Shown: positions 51,206 through 64,000 of the stretch, piece after piece
Layout: every line of letters begins with the position of its first letter
Position numbering within the stretch: position 1 is the stretch's first letter
From: Lama guanicoe
Lineage: Eukaryota
Direction of reading: 5' to 3'
Length of the DNA stretch: 64,000 nucleotides
Assembly: GCA_013239625.1 (NCBI GenBank)
Contig: MU053934.1
Location: forward strand, 2,560,399 to 2,624,398
Notes under the pieces: generated by a model
Database searches by the model: none
Seen by the model: the letters and a program-made list of their open reading frames with translations, nothing else
What the model was told of the DNA's origin: nothing
Translations under genes and position numbers: made by a program

Positions 51206-54200
51206 CTACATTTGTAAAGTGGGTATAAAGATTTTCTTGGGAGGGGGTGATATATATTTTGTTTAAAGCTCACAGAATGTCTTGGTATGTAGCAGGGGTT
51301 TAATAGATATTTGTTCTTACCATCCTCTTGCTTAGGTAATCTACAATACTCATCACACATCAACCCTATGGGGGTTTTGCTAGACTGCAAGGGGATATCA
51401 AATGTAAAATAGAGTCCCAAATCTCAAGTTCCAGATACCTACAATGGGGAAGACAATTACCCTTCATGTGTATTTGTATCCTAAAATATCGAGCCTCTGA
51501 AAACCAAGAATGGAGTGAGTGTCTCAAGGATTAAACATTAGAACTCAGAGGAAGAAGGTCTCTTTGGTTGGGCTAGTCAGGGAAGATAATAAATCATCTA
51601 TGTGGAAAAAGAGCAGCTACTTGGCCCCTCAAATAGTGGGCAATCAAAGAAGAATTTCTGTTTTGTTTTGGACACATGATGTATTCATTCTCTCAGCAGT
51701 CATCCATTGCTAACCATGTAAGCAAGGTAGGGTATTTAGAAAATTAACCTAGAATATGGAAAAAGCTGTAAATTAAAAGAAAGGATGCTCATTACTGGGA
51801 CACTTACAATGTCAAATGATCAGAAACAACCCAAATGTTCAATATCAGGAGAATGCTTAAATAAATCATGGTAGACCCTTTAGATGTAATCTGTCCCTAG
51901 GAAGTCCCATCAAAGTCCACAATTTAAATTTCCATCTGCACAGAATGACTCCTACATTATGATTTTGCCCCTGATTTCTCCAAACTCTACTCCAATATCT
52001 TCAACTGCCTACAGGGTGTCTTTATTTGGATGTCTCAAAGACAGAAAGCTCAGAATGCACTTTCCAAACCCACTTCCTCACCTCCAAATGCACCATTGCC
52101 AGGTTCATGTATATGTATCTTCCAGATCTCATAGACTCAATCACTTCAAAGAAAGTTGCCTATGGTCCTGCATCTAGGTTAGGTGCCTTTGGGACCTGCT
52201 TCATAGCTTACACACAGACTGGGCAAGGGAAAATGTGGCTCAGGTCATTCTGGACAGTGAGGAGCCAGGTGTTAAAGAACACTTACTGCTGATAATACAA
52301 CATGGATATTCTACGTTTATACAACTGAGTGTCAAGCCATAGAGCATGATTCTGACATTGAATTTGAATCAGGGCTAGTCATTTGTGCTAAAAATATTTA
52401 CTATGTGCCAGACACTGCACTGTTTCCCCTACTCTTGTGGAGCTTACCATTTATTCAACACATTTCAAACACCTGGGTAACAGGAAAGCATATTTGTGTT
52501 CAGGGAACTCCTGCGAATGTGTTTTATTTCCTTGAGTAAGACATTTAATTTTCTGGGTCTCAGTTGCAATAACGATCTTTGCTGACTGCTCCGTGGTGAC
52601 TCAGGCCAGCATTCATGCTGCTAAAATCCTTGGACACCTTCAGGCCTTGAATGTGATGCAGAGGAGAAGTGGGGCTTTGAATCTGAGCAGTTTGAAAGCG
52701 TGGCTTTCCCAAGACCCTTCCTTGATCCCCTCCAGAGGACTTGTGTTATTAAACCAGAGAGCCGAGCAGGTCCTGACTGGCAAGGACCCAGGGATTAATG
52801 TCCAGAGTGCTAACATCATAATTGGGCCACCATTGAAGGTGGCAACATCTGCTGTGTGAGGCTCTGATGCCAGACCCTCCGTTGCACCCCACTGGCTATC
52901 CAGGACCTCCGTCTTGGGAGGCAGCCTGGGTGGCCTTAAGGCTGCACTTAGCACATGCTCAATAGCTACTGTCAGGTGTTGAAAAGCTCTCATTAGGGCC
53001 AAGAAATTGACTTGTGTCCTGAGCTTCTCAAGACAACAATGAGGACCCATGGGAGAGGCTTTGTGTCTGAAGGTGCCCAGGGACTGGTAATTGAGTTACT
53101 GCTAAAGTGATGAGAGGCTGTGGTCAGTGACAAGTATTAATGGCATGAGGCTGGTAGGCTATTGCAAGACCATTCTGCATTTTCTTTTTGGCATGGAGTA
53201 TATGGGGATTAATTCTTTCTTAAAAAATGTTTACTAGGGCAGTAGAGCCCAATAATCAGGAGGGCAGTCGGGAAGTCAGACTACTGGTATCTAGAGGTAG
53301 CAAAGAGATGCTTGCTTGTCAGCGAGGGTCACCTGGCTGTGCACTGCCTTACGTCTCATTCAATGACAGTATTCTTGGGAGGCTGGCTCTCTTAGCCTCA
53401 TTTTACAGATGGGAAAACTGAGGGTCCAAGGGGTTATGCCCTGTCTACAACCACATAACCATAAAAGACTGTGGATTAGAATCTTGTCTGTTTCCTAAGT
53501 CCCCACTGCCTTTACTACATAGTGGATGTGACCAGCTGTGCCAATGTTGTGTCAATATTGTCTTCTGTGCTCAATATCCTGCTTACAAAGGAGATCTCCA
53601 ATCCATCCATTTCTTTTCACCATGCCTGACCCCAATGGCTCTAACATGCATGACTCCAATAGCCTCCTAATCAGTCTCTCTGTTTCCTTCCTGCTTCCTT
53701 CTCTGGTTCCCATGCCCACATAGCAGCAACAGATTTGAAGATGTCATGTCCCTACTTCTCACCCCTCAGAGGGTTCCTATCACCATTTTGCTAGGAGCCA
53801 AAATGTTTAATGTGGCAGACAAGTCTCTGCCTGTGCCTCTTGCTTCATCTCTTTCCATCTCCTCCACCCTTGGCTCTACTGACACTGGTCTCCCTGTACT
53901 TTCTGGAAGGTTCTAAGCTCTTAGTCCTCCTTTAGGGCCTTCACAGATGCCATTTCTTCTGCATGAAACACTCTGTCCCCCCTACTTTTTTCCTGGATGA
54001 CTTTTACTCAACCTTAAATATTTCTTACACAGTGACCGTTCCTGTCTAACCATAGTCTTCTCCTTAGTATCCCGCTCTCCTCCTTCATCAATTTGCAAAT
54101 ATCTTTTCCTTTGTGACACGGCACTAACTGTTAGTTTGTTTTTGGTCTTTCTCGCCCTCTATTTTATGAACTCCTCAAGGTTAGGGATCCAGATGGGTCT

Positions 54201-57200
54201 GTTCCCCACGATCTCACCAGTCTGGCATGTAGTGGATTTCCAATAAGCATTTTTCAAATTTGTCGAATGAATAAATGTTGGCATTGTCTCTGACAATGTA
54301 AGTGCATATGAGCATATTTATAGAAGCCAGTTCATTGTAACTCAGTTTTCATCCGTTTATTCATCTGTGCGTCATCTCCATCAATATTTACTTAATACCA
54401 ACTAGGTGCTGAGGATGCAAAAGTGAATGAGGAAAAGTGCCAGCCCTCTGGTGATTCAGTTGGGGGTGGGCCGGGGTAGATGTAGAAACATGGAGGGCAA
54501 AGACCTGAGTCAAATTTCTGAGTTTGGATCACTGTCCCTTCAGCTCCTCTACTGCGTGAACTTGGGCAAGTGACTGCATGTGTCTGAGCTCTGAATGGTC
54601 TTGTTGTACAATGGAGATAAGCATACACATCTTGCAGGGCTGTTCTGATGCTAAATTGAATGAGATGAAGTATGTAAAAGCAAAGCTCAATAAAGAGAAA
54701 ATGTTGTTGTTATCATGGTTTGTTTTTATTACTTGGATGGGGCATACGAAGGAGTTAGGTCAATTCCATCTAAGGGAGGTGATTAAGGGAGTGCTTATAA
54801 ATGAGTAAGTGCTCTTGAGGCAAGGTGGATAAAGAAGGGAAAGTTTTTAGGGTGAGAGCAAAAAGGGTCTTCTGGGGACATCTGGGATTGTAGTACTTTG
54901 AGAATAGCATTCTCCCATCTCTCCCTCTCCCTGAGGGGCACACATCACCCTTTCTTCCCAGAATAGTTCAGTTTGTCTTCTGGGAATCCCCCTACCTACA
55001 CATCCATCCTTCCTGACTCTCAACCCTGGTCCCATCCTTTTCTCCCCATATTAGCCTGCACTTCTAGTTACCCCTTTCATCCTAAAACTGGGAGGAATGA
55101 AGGATTGGAAACATCTCTGTCATCCATCAAATAAAATTGGGAGTTGGCAGCTGTGGTTTTATTAATGGCTACTCAATTCTTCTCTCCAAACATCTGGAAG
55201 ATTTGTGCCCCAGGATGGACAAGCCAGTGATAACACAGAGAGAGATTTATCAGCAACTTGGAGATGGATGAGGACCTTGAGGCCATCTCATCCAGCTTTC
55301 ACCCTGCACAAGAAGGCCTTGGCGGCACCCTTGGGGAGGGGCATTCAACCCCTGCCTGGACACTCTCCAATGTCCCCCAAGTTCATGTCAAGGGAAGTTC
55401 GCTGAAATGTGTACCAGTAGTGTGAACTTTAGTCTCACGCCCAAAATTCAGTACAAAAGTGCTGAAAAGTAAACATCTCTTTCAGGAATAAATAGTATGA
55501 TGTTCAAGAGTAGGGGCTCTGGGAACCAAACCACCAGGGTCCACATCCACACTCTACCAACTTGGACCAGTTAATATAGCTGAGCCTTCATTTTCTCGTC
55601 TGTAAAATGGGGATGGTAAGAGAAGTTCCTTGGTGGGCAATGTTGTGAGCAGTAGTTACAATAACAAGTGGGAAGCACGTGGAACATTGCTGAGTCCATA
55701 ATAATAGCTCGATATGTGGTGACTATTATTATTGACTCTTGATGGAACCCTTTTAAAGCAAGGGCTAGAGTGAGCTTACAAGGGCCCAGAAAAATCCCCA
55801 AATTCTTCTTCCTGCTCTCTGGGGGTGTAAAATTTCTTCACCAAGGAGCACAGCCTTTCATCACCCAAAAACAGAGATGCCTGTGGCAGAGCCCGGAGCC
55901 AGGCTTCTGCAGCTGGCCAGCCTGTAGGATTCAATTCGGCTGCCTATTAACCAACTGGCCATGAGCGACTACCTACCTTCTCTGTATCTCAGTTTCCTCA
56001 CCTGCAAGATGGAGACCATAATCTCTGCATCAGAGGGTGAAGTCTGACTGTTTAGCATCACCTCCCCTAGTTCACTCGCGCCCAGGCTGCCTTCATTTCT
56101 TGCCTTGATAACTGCAACTTTATCCTCATGGGCCTCTGTTTCCACACTTATTCCCATACAGGCTGTGTTTCACCGAGCAGCCAGAGCGAGCTTCTGAAAA
56201 CCCAAGTCAGGGAACATCGCTCCTCCCCTTAGACCCCACAATGGCCTGCGATGTCCCTCAGAGTGAATTCCTCATCCTAGCCTATAGCACCTCCCTGTGT
56301 GACCTTCACCTCTCTGGCCCACTTCCCTCAGCTTCTCCCCTTATTCACTCTGCTGTCTCCCACCTGCCTCCATCTGGAACACACTGAGCATCTTTGGACT
56401 TAGAAAGTGTTTGGCCTAGATATCAACATACCTCCTTCATTCATCTCCTCCGAGGGCTCTGCTCAAGTGCCACCTCCTCTGAGGGGCCCACCAGGGTCAC
56501 CCTGTATCATCTAGCATTCCCTTTCTGTCACAATCCTCTACTCTTCTTTATTTTTCTGCGTAACACTTATCCCTGGCAAACGTTTGTATGTTTGTGATTT
56601 TATTGCTTCTTTCTTCCCATTAGGGTGTGGAGCCCATGAGGAGAGGGTCTGAATTTTCGATCTCTGCTGGGTCTCTGCTACCCAGCCATGTGCCTGGTTC
56701 GGTGTAGACAGTCAATATGTATTTTTTGAATGAACAGTTGTGTAATACGCAACCAGCATTAATGTTGTTTGGGAAAATGTGCATGGTCCATTGTAGGTGT
56801 TTGATAAATGTGATGTTTAATCCCCTCATTATCCAACTAGAAAGAACATTAAAAGAGCAAATACCCATGGCGGGGGCAGCAGGTTGGGATTCCTGTACAA
56901 GGAAGGCCTGAGTGGGGAGGGCAACGGAAGGCAAGCCAGGGACTCTAGACAAACTTCACTTGCTAAGCAATTTTGCCTCTGGCCAGCTCTGTTTATGTCT
57001 GTGTGTACGATGATTCTCCAGGCAATTGAATTGCATTACCCTTTTCATTCTAATAATATGAACAGAATTCAGATGTGGTATTTGATGATGTCTTGTCTAT
57101 TGAATGACTTCAGGACTGCTGGCATATTGCAGCAAATTACTGTCAACTTGAGGGCCCCCATGCCTCCACCAAAGTGCCAATATGTCTGTGAAAAGCCCCG

Positions 57201-59636
57201 GTCATTTACAGTTTATGTCTCAAAAATGAATTTTTATTTCATTGGCTTAATCTTCAGAGTTATAGGAAACGTGTGTTTATTCCCAGGGAGACTTTAAATG
57301 CAAGGTTCTTATAACAGGACCAGAACTGGAAGATTTCTTGAAGGGGGGAAAGAAAAGCATTTCCTGCCTGGTTGGAATTGCTGTGTGTATAATACCTGCT
57401 GAGAGAGAAAAGAGGGTAGACTGGATTTCTTCCAAAAATCAGAAGGGAAGCTGATTCCAACCTGGGAGGCTGTTAATATCTTAAGACCAAGGCCGACAGA
57501 CCAAGGAGAGGAAGCGGAGGAGAGAGGGAAATGTGTGAAAGTCTTTTCCAGTTCTTACTATTTTCTTTAAACCAAGTGCCTGGAAATTTGCTGCATCTAG
57601 CGATTCCCTGGCCCTGGCACACAGTAAGCACTCAAGAAGTGTTATGTTGAACTGGAGTTGAACTTGGCTGGTGAGGGTTTGGAGGCTGTGTTAGCTTCAG
57701 TGATGTGGATGGGGATTCGACCAAGTGTCTCCCCTCCCAGCCCTCCTGTGAATTCATATTGCCTAATAATCTGTCCCAAATAGCAGCAGCGCGGAAGCCT
57801 TTGGCTGTGCCACAGGGAAGGATCCAGCCCTTCCCAGGGGAGTCTCCCCATCACAGACATGGCACAGCTCCGCCCACACACTGGGTCTCTGAGTCAGAAG
57901 GGCATGCTTTTGCTGCGACTAATTTTACTACTGTTGTTTCTACTGCATTGGTCAAACCCTGTTAGATTTTTAGGGGAAGGGGCCTGTACCAGCTGAGGTC
58001 TTAATATTAGTTATCTTGATGAAGAGGAATTTCCATAACTAACCTCCAGCTCTGCTTCCTCGTTTTATGTCCTTACACAACAGGGGAAATACAGACTGTA
58101 CTGTGAATAGTGTTGTCACCGAAACGTCCCCTGCAGCTCGTCTGCCAGGCAAAGGCTCATGGAATCATGGATAATTAATGAAGTTATATCAGCCAGCTAA
58201 CCCAGCACCACTGCAAATCTATTGGGCTAGTGATTGTAGTAAATCCAAGCAAAAGGATTATTCCGAGCATCAGTTATGGGCAGATGTGACTGCCTTGTAC
58301 TGTCCTAGACTTTTACCAGTATGACGACAAAAAAACCAGGCAAAACTCATTGTTCACTAGGGAGTTACAGTCTAATGATCTACATCTATCTATCCATTTC
58401 ATGCAGTGACCTGAAACGATACGGAGAGTAAAATCACAAAAGAATCAGGATCAAAGAAGTTGTCAATCAGAAGTGACCAGAGGAGAAGAAAAGAAATACC
58501 AAGGGGCAGTCCAAAGTCCTAGAGAGCTGCCAGAGCTAAGTGGGAACTTTGATCCAAAGCTCCCTGACAGCCAGGGCAGAGAGGGAAAGTCTGTCAGTCA
58601 CATGAATCTCATTGTTCGGAAAAGGACATCACTACTTTCCCTATTTCTTATGATAAAATCTGTTATCCAATCATATCACCTTATTTAAGCCCTAGAACAA
58701 TCTTACGACTCAGTGATCACTACTAGCTCCATCTCAGAGATGGAAAAACTGGGGTTTAACAAATTTAAGGATCTCACCCATGGTCATAGCTGGAAAGTGA
58801 CAGAGCTGAAATGAATTTTCAGGCAGTCTTAATTCAGAGCCTGTGCTCTTAACATATACTTTACTGCCTTTTCTATAGGGTAGACTGAAAAAGCACACAA
58901 TCGTCCTTGGGCAAAAGCCTAATTTTCCTAGGAGATAGTCTTCTACCAGGGATCTGGGAGGAAAAAAGAAAAAAAAAATAAAATAAAAAGAAGAGAGATG
59001 TAAATGCATATGTAGTCGGGAAATTGGATGGTAAGTATGAAATTTATCAGCTTTTAGGCCAAAGACATTCCAATAGCCCACAAATCGGAAAACCAGAGCT
59101 GTCAGGTCCCAAGCTCAAAATGATCTGGACTAAACTGGCCTGACAGTCTTGTACTTACTTTCTGTCATCTTAAAGGAAAGATGTAGTAAGAGAAATGAGT
59201 TTTAAAAAATCCCCATTAGCTTGGTTCCTGCCTGTACTCAGGCTCACCCTGTTATTGTGGAACCTCATTAGTCCTCCAAGAGCCACTGTGTTGGAGGGGA
59301 CAGCGGTTGAAAGATGCTCTCCAAGATGCTGAAACAAGCAGGGCTTATTTTTCTTTTTCTCAGGTTGGCTTCTTGCCTCTGAATCACTACTTCTGGTAAC
59401 CAGGTGAGTCAAAAAAAAAATTCTCCTTGAAAAAAGATACAACCTACATGACTGAATTGAGAAAATGTGCCAATTTGCAAGAGTTCAAGTTTATTTCCAG
59501 TGATGCCAACCCTGAAAGGTAGCACAGAGTAAAGGATTCTGGAGCCAGACTATGTTGGCTCAGTTACTCACTAGCTGAGTGACCTTGGGTAAATTTCTTA
59601 AACCTCTATGCCTCAGTTTCCAAACTGTAAAATTGT

Positions 59637-59680
59637 AAAAACAAAACAAAACAAAACAAAACAAAACAAAACAAAAACAA
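59637..59680. repeat. (AAAAC)n pentanucleotide repeat within a MIR
   Basis: About 7-8 units interrupting a MIR core (59520-59770). Confidence 0.93.
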
Positions 59681-60137
59681 TCCCAGAAAGAGTTTCTGTG
59701 AAGATCAAATGAGTTTTAAGTTACTAAGCACTTAAGACAGAGCCTGGCAAATAAAAAGTTCTGTATATGCGTTTGTTAAGAAAGTTTGTTACATTCCTTA
59801 AGGCAAAATTGCTTGGTAATGGGGTCATCTCGGGGATGATAAATCTGCCAGTTACTTCATGCCAAGGGGTAAATCTAGCCTTAGGGGATGCAGTGATGGC
59901 AGATGACTTAGAAAACTGTGTCTTGCTCTAATCCTTCTTTTCATATTTACACAACAAGACAAAAAGCTGGCACCAAATCCAATTTTATGTTACATCTTGG
60001 AATTCTGACTCCAGTCATTTTCTAAAATGTTGAATTCTATTTGCTGTATAGTTTTAAAACAGCAGCTGTTCATCCACCCCAGAGGTGACAGTAAGTAAGT
60101 GTTGGGGGTTGTTTACTGCATACCCATGTCTCTTGAC

Positions 60138-60243
60138 TCCCTCACAGGGATGTTAGGGGGTCTAATTAATTACTGTTTGCAAAGCACTGAGAAATCCTCT
60201 AGTGAAAGTTGCTATAGAAATGCAAGTTGCTGTATTATTATTA
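60138..60243 (+). mobile_element. Ancient amniote CORE-SINE tail (MIR1_Amn/MIR3-like)
   Basis: cctcacagggatgtt...taattaattactgtttgcaaagcactgagaaatcctctagtgaaagttgctatagaaatgcaag...tattattatt resembles the remembered tail gtaaagcgctttgagatcct...gatgaaaggtgctatagaagtgcaa. Confidence 0.55.
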
Positions 60244-61799
60244 CATGTGCTTGTAATTGTTTTCAAAGGTTACTTATTGGGTAGGGAAAGAGGGAGAATA
60301 TATTTTTTCCTTGATAGCAGTGGATAATGTTTTGTCAATTGGCATTTATGGGTGTTAAATCACTTCATGGAGACATTGTATCTCTAGAGCTACAGGAATC
60401 TCATAATGGGAAATATACATAAAGCATTTCTTCTTTCACTTTTGCACCCTCCTCCTCATTCAACTCCAATTTCCACAGTTAAACAAATGTGAAAAGAAAC
60501 ATTATAAAAAACAACTATGTGTATCCAAATTTCAAAAGCTCAAATACATATTTCTACGTAGAATTTCCTGGATAGAGCCAGTTTTTTGGGGGTACAGAAC
60601 ACCCCTCCCATTAATTAATGCTAAAGTTTGAGCAACATTAAGTTGAAATAAAAATATAAAGCAGAAACAAAGGAAATTAGGGATAGATACAAACTTCAAT
60701 AATTAAAATTATGTATTGGGTTTCTCATCCTAAAAAGCTATGAAAAATCTTGGCTTGGCTTGGCTTGATTTTGTTAAAAAAATGTGAAATGACTAATAGC
60801 AAACTCTCATGTTAGAAGTATCTTTCCATGGTTATATGTGTATTTCTTTTTAAAAAATTATCTGTTTATCTCTGTTTTATAGGGAAATACTTATAGGTAT
60901 AGGTATGATTGGCCACTGTTAGATGAAACTAACCCATTTTCTTTAAGATATCTCTTTCCTAACTCAGGTTTGAGATAATGACATCAATCCTGGCATATTG
61001 AAAAAAGAAAATTCACTAGAAGTAAAATTTAGCACTACACAGGGGAAGAACACAGACCTTGTTTGGGATCTGTTCAAGTGGTGATGAAATCTGAATCAGA
61101 TAAGAATGCTATCATCACTACCATTCGTAGCTCCTCAGCCAAGTTTATCTGTAGCCTCCCCAAAATTGATTTGCAAACACTTATATTTGCTTTTAAAACT
61201 CCCATAAAATCTAAGAAGCCTATTTTAGTCTGTAAATTGGAGCAAATAATTGCCTCTTTTCTATGAATAAAATGTAAAACCCATATCTGGAGTAATGGCC
61301 ATTTTCTTATTCCTCAACACATTGAGCTCCAGTCACACCACTCATCTCCTAGATTTTCTAGTGTTATGATTTTTTATTCTATTTGAGGTTCTCATCAGCT
61401 TTCTCCACTTTTTATTTCCCTCTGTTGCACCCTTCCCAGCTCCAGACATTAATAGTCTCTCCTCTGGGCTCCCATAATCTCTTGTATGTTATGAGATTTC
61501 TCACATAGTAGTAAACAAAGGAAAAAATGAATAAATGATCTGGGTGTTAACTTCATAAGATAGGGACCTTTATTTTATATTTTCTTATAGCCTTTGGTAT
61601 GGCGGTCTGATTGCTTGGTGGTGAGGGGAAGACAATGATGCTATTTATTCAAACCATCCAGTCACTGTCAGTTCACAACAGCTCCACATGGATTTTTATT
61701 CCTAGAGGATTAGCCATTTTGCAAATAAAAAGTCAAAAGATTCTGGCATATCTTCATTTTAAATTCCTATGGAGGCTGTCACTTACTTAACTGCATTCA

Positions 61800-62460
61800 G
61801 TCCTATTGTTTTACTTCTCAAATCCTTCCACTTTTCTCCCTCTCTATCACCATCCTAGTTCAGGCCACCATCACTTCTTATCTGGACAGCAGCAGTGGTT
61901 CCTCACAGGTCTGCCTTCAGTCATTCTTGCTCCTTCTTATTGCTTCATCTGCACTGTAGCCAGAGGGATCATTCAAAATGCAAATCTTATCAAGTCAATT
62001 CTAAGTTTCTTAAAATCTTTCAGTGGTTCTCATTGCTCTAAAGATAAAAATAAACCTCTTCCTTGGTTTTGCCTTCCACAAGACTTGCTTTACTTTCTGC
62101 TCTAGCCACTATGCCTTCCTTCTTAGTCTTTAATTATCTCTGTTTGCTCTCCTGCCTCAGGACCTTTGCACATGCTATTATTTCTGCCTGGAACATCCTT
62201 TTCTTCCTCACCTTTCTTCAAATTACCATCATCCCTTAAAGTGTAGCTTTCCCCAGGCAGGCTAAACCTCTGGTTACACACTCCCCTAACTCTCAGTACA
62301 TTTCTTTCACAACACTTAGCACATTTTGTAGTTTGTGTGTGTGAGTATGTGTCTAAGCTTTATGACAGCAGGAACTGGCACAATTATTTGCTGAGCCACT
62401 TTGTCCCCAGAGCTCAGGCTTCCCTGGAACAAAAATTTTGTTGAGTGAATGAGTGAATGG
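61800..62460 (+). mobile_element. L2 LINE fragment
   Basis: ccatcctagttcaggccaccatca...gcctcaggacctttgcacatgcta...tttgttgagtgaatgagtgaatg tail. Confidence 0.8.
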
Positions 62461-64000
62461 ACAACTCCAGGATAAATTAAAAATCTTTGTCTAATAAAGC
62501 AAGATCCAGAGGAGAAATCTATGTGCTCAAAAGTCTATTTTCCAACTGCCAAGAAGATGTGGATCAACCAGGTAACAGCATCAACCAGCTTTACTATCAG
62601 CAGTCCGTGATATCAACCTGAGAAATGATCCAATTCTCTTCCCAGTATAAGTTCATCTCTTTAAAAAACGATTCCATTAAGTCAAGGCAAGTGTCCAAGA
62701 AGCCCATAATGAAATACAAATAAAACAATTTTGAAGGGCATACGATTTACAAATCAAGCAACAGAAAAATATAATATCATACAATTGAACGGTGATGATT
62801 CTTTATCAGTGAAATAGATAATGAAGAATTCATTGACATGGACTGTCCTCAGGACCCATATCTCTGATCTGAAATAAATGATTCCCCTTCACTAGGCTCC
62901 TGCTAGCATTTCTAGCTCGTCTTGCCATCCACTGTTCATATATTATGTTCCAGCACAGCTTTGCTCAGAGTGCCCCAAACAAGTCCACAATGGGAAACTG
63001 TGGTTCTCTCTGCCTCAAACCATCTACCCCTTTCCTTCCTTCCTCTTCATCCTTCCATCTCCAGGATTCCCTAGATGAACAGTTTTTTTTTTTATCATTT
63101 CCCTGCTCAAGTAACACCTTAACCAACATTTCTGTATCCAATTGAAGTTTTAATTTCCTCTTTGCCATCTCAGTAAATGGCTCCATCTACATTTGCTCAA
63201 GGTGGACCCCTGGAAATCAACTTGGCTTCTTTCTCCTCTCTCCAGTAGCAGTCATATCCCATCCACCAGCAAGTCTTGTCCCAAATTTGTTCCTTTTCTC
63301 CAACTCCATCGTCTTAATCATAACCACCATCCACCCTGCAGAGGTTTCCTGATGGGTCTTCTCCCTTCCACCCCTCTCCTTCATTCTTCTCTCAGTAGTC
63401 ACTTAATCTTCTGAAAGTAAATTAGCTGGTGCTTAAAACTCTTCTATGGCTTCCCATTTCACCAAGAAAAATACTCAAATTCCCCTCCATGACTTCTAAA
63501 GCCCTGTGTGAGTTAGTTCTTGCCTTTTAAATTTTATTGCTGTCCCCACCTCAGGGCCTTCCCAACTCAACATCCTTACTTCAGTGGTGGCAGACTGGGC
63601 ACGTCCTCAACTGAGCCCATGATCCTCTCCAACTCCCAATCGTTCCTCCCTCAGCTTCCTTCCTCTCAGGAAGTGGCAGCTCCATCCTTCCAGTTGCTCA
63701 GGCCAGAAAACTTGGAGTCACCCTTGACTCCTCTCGCTAATTCACACCCCATTTCCAATCAGCCAGCAAATCTTGGATCAACTCTAATCTTCAGAATGTG
63801 CCCCAAGTCTGGCCACATCTCACAGCTTCTTCTGGGACCACCCTGGTCCAAGACACCTCCAATTCTTGCCTGGATGATGGCAATGGCCTCCCAACTCATC
63901 TTTCTGCTTTTGTTCTTGTCCTCTCCCCGAGCGCCCTCATCTCCCTTTGTTAAATTCTCAACTCAATCTGGAGTCATGATGCTAAAATATAGGTCAGGTT

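Larger units (their letters stand above)
14981..64000 (-). other. CACNG2: CACNG2 intron 1 (partial; exon 1 outside the window)
   Basis: No sequence encoding the stargazin N-terminus (MGLFDRGVQ...RTCCLE) was found. The region is repeat-rich and non-coding, consistent with the known very long first intron. Confidence 0.85.

Overview
Mammalian genomic DNA holding the 3' part of CACNG2 (stargazin / TARP gamma-2, an AMPA-receptor auxiliary subunit) on the minus strand. Coding exon 2 is at 14897-14980 (84 nt, absent from the ORF track), exon 3 at 3548-3688 (141 nt) and the coding part of exon 4 at 1878-2413 (536 nt, ending in the PDZ ligand -TTPV). The 3' UTR runs toward position 1 and includes an assembly gap at 1522-1790. 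Everything from 14981 to 64000 appears to be intron 1; exon 1 is not in the window. The introns are dominated by old repeats (L2, MIR, MER5/MER58/Charlie, MLT1, L1M). They also carry one MER41-like solo LTR with a perfect 109-bp internal duplication, a decayed tRNA-Gln copy and many microsatellites. I saw no Alu, rodent B1/B2, Bov-tA, PRE-1 or Can-SINE; the L1 tails suggest a cetartiodactyl, possibly a camelid (inference). I found no convincing new protein-coding system. The best leads are regulatory: a dense TF-motif cluster and a full CRE in intron 2, RE1/REST-like and CTCF-like sites in intron 1, an RBFOX motif overlapping the exon 2 donor, and a (GCC)11 repeat just after the stop codon. 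Repeat family names come from remembered consensus sequences, and repeat boundaries are approximate unless a target-site duplication (TSD) is given.
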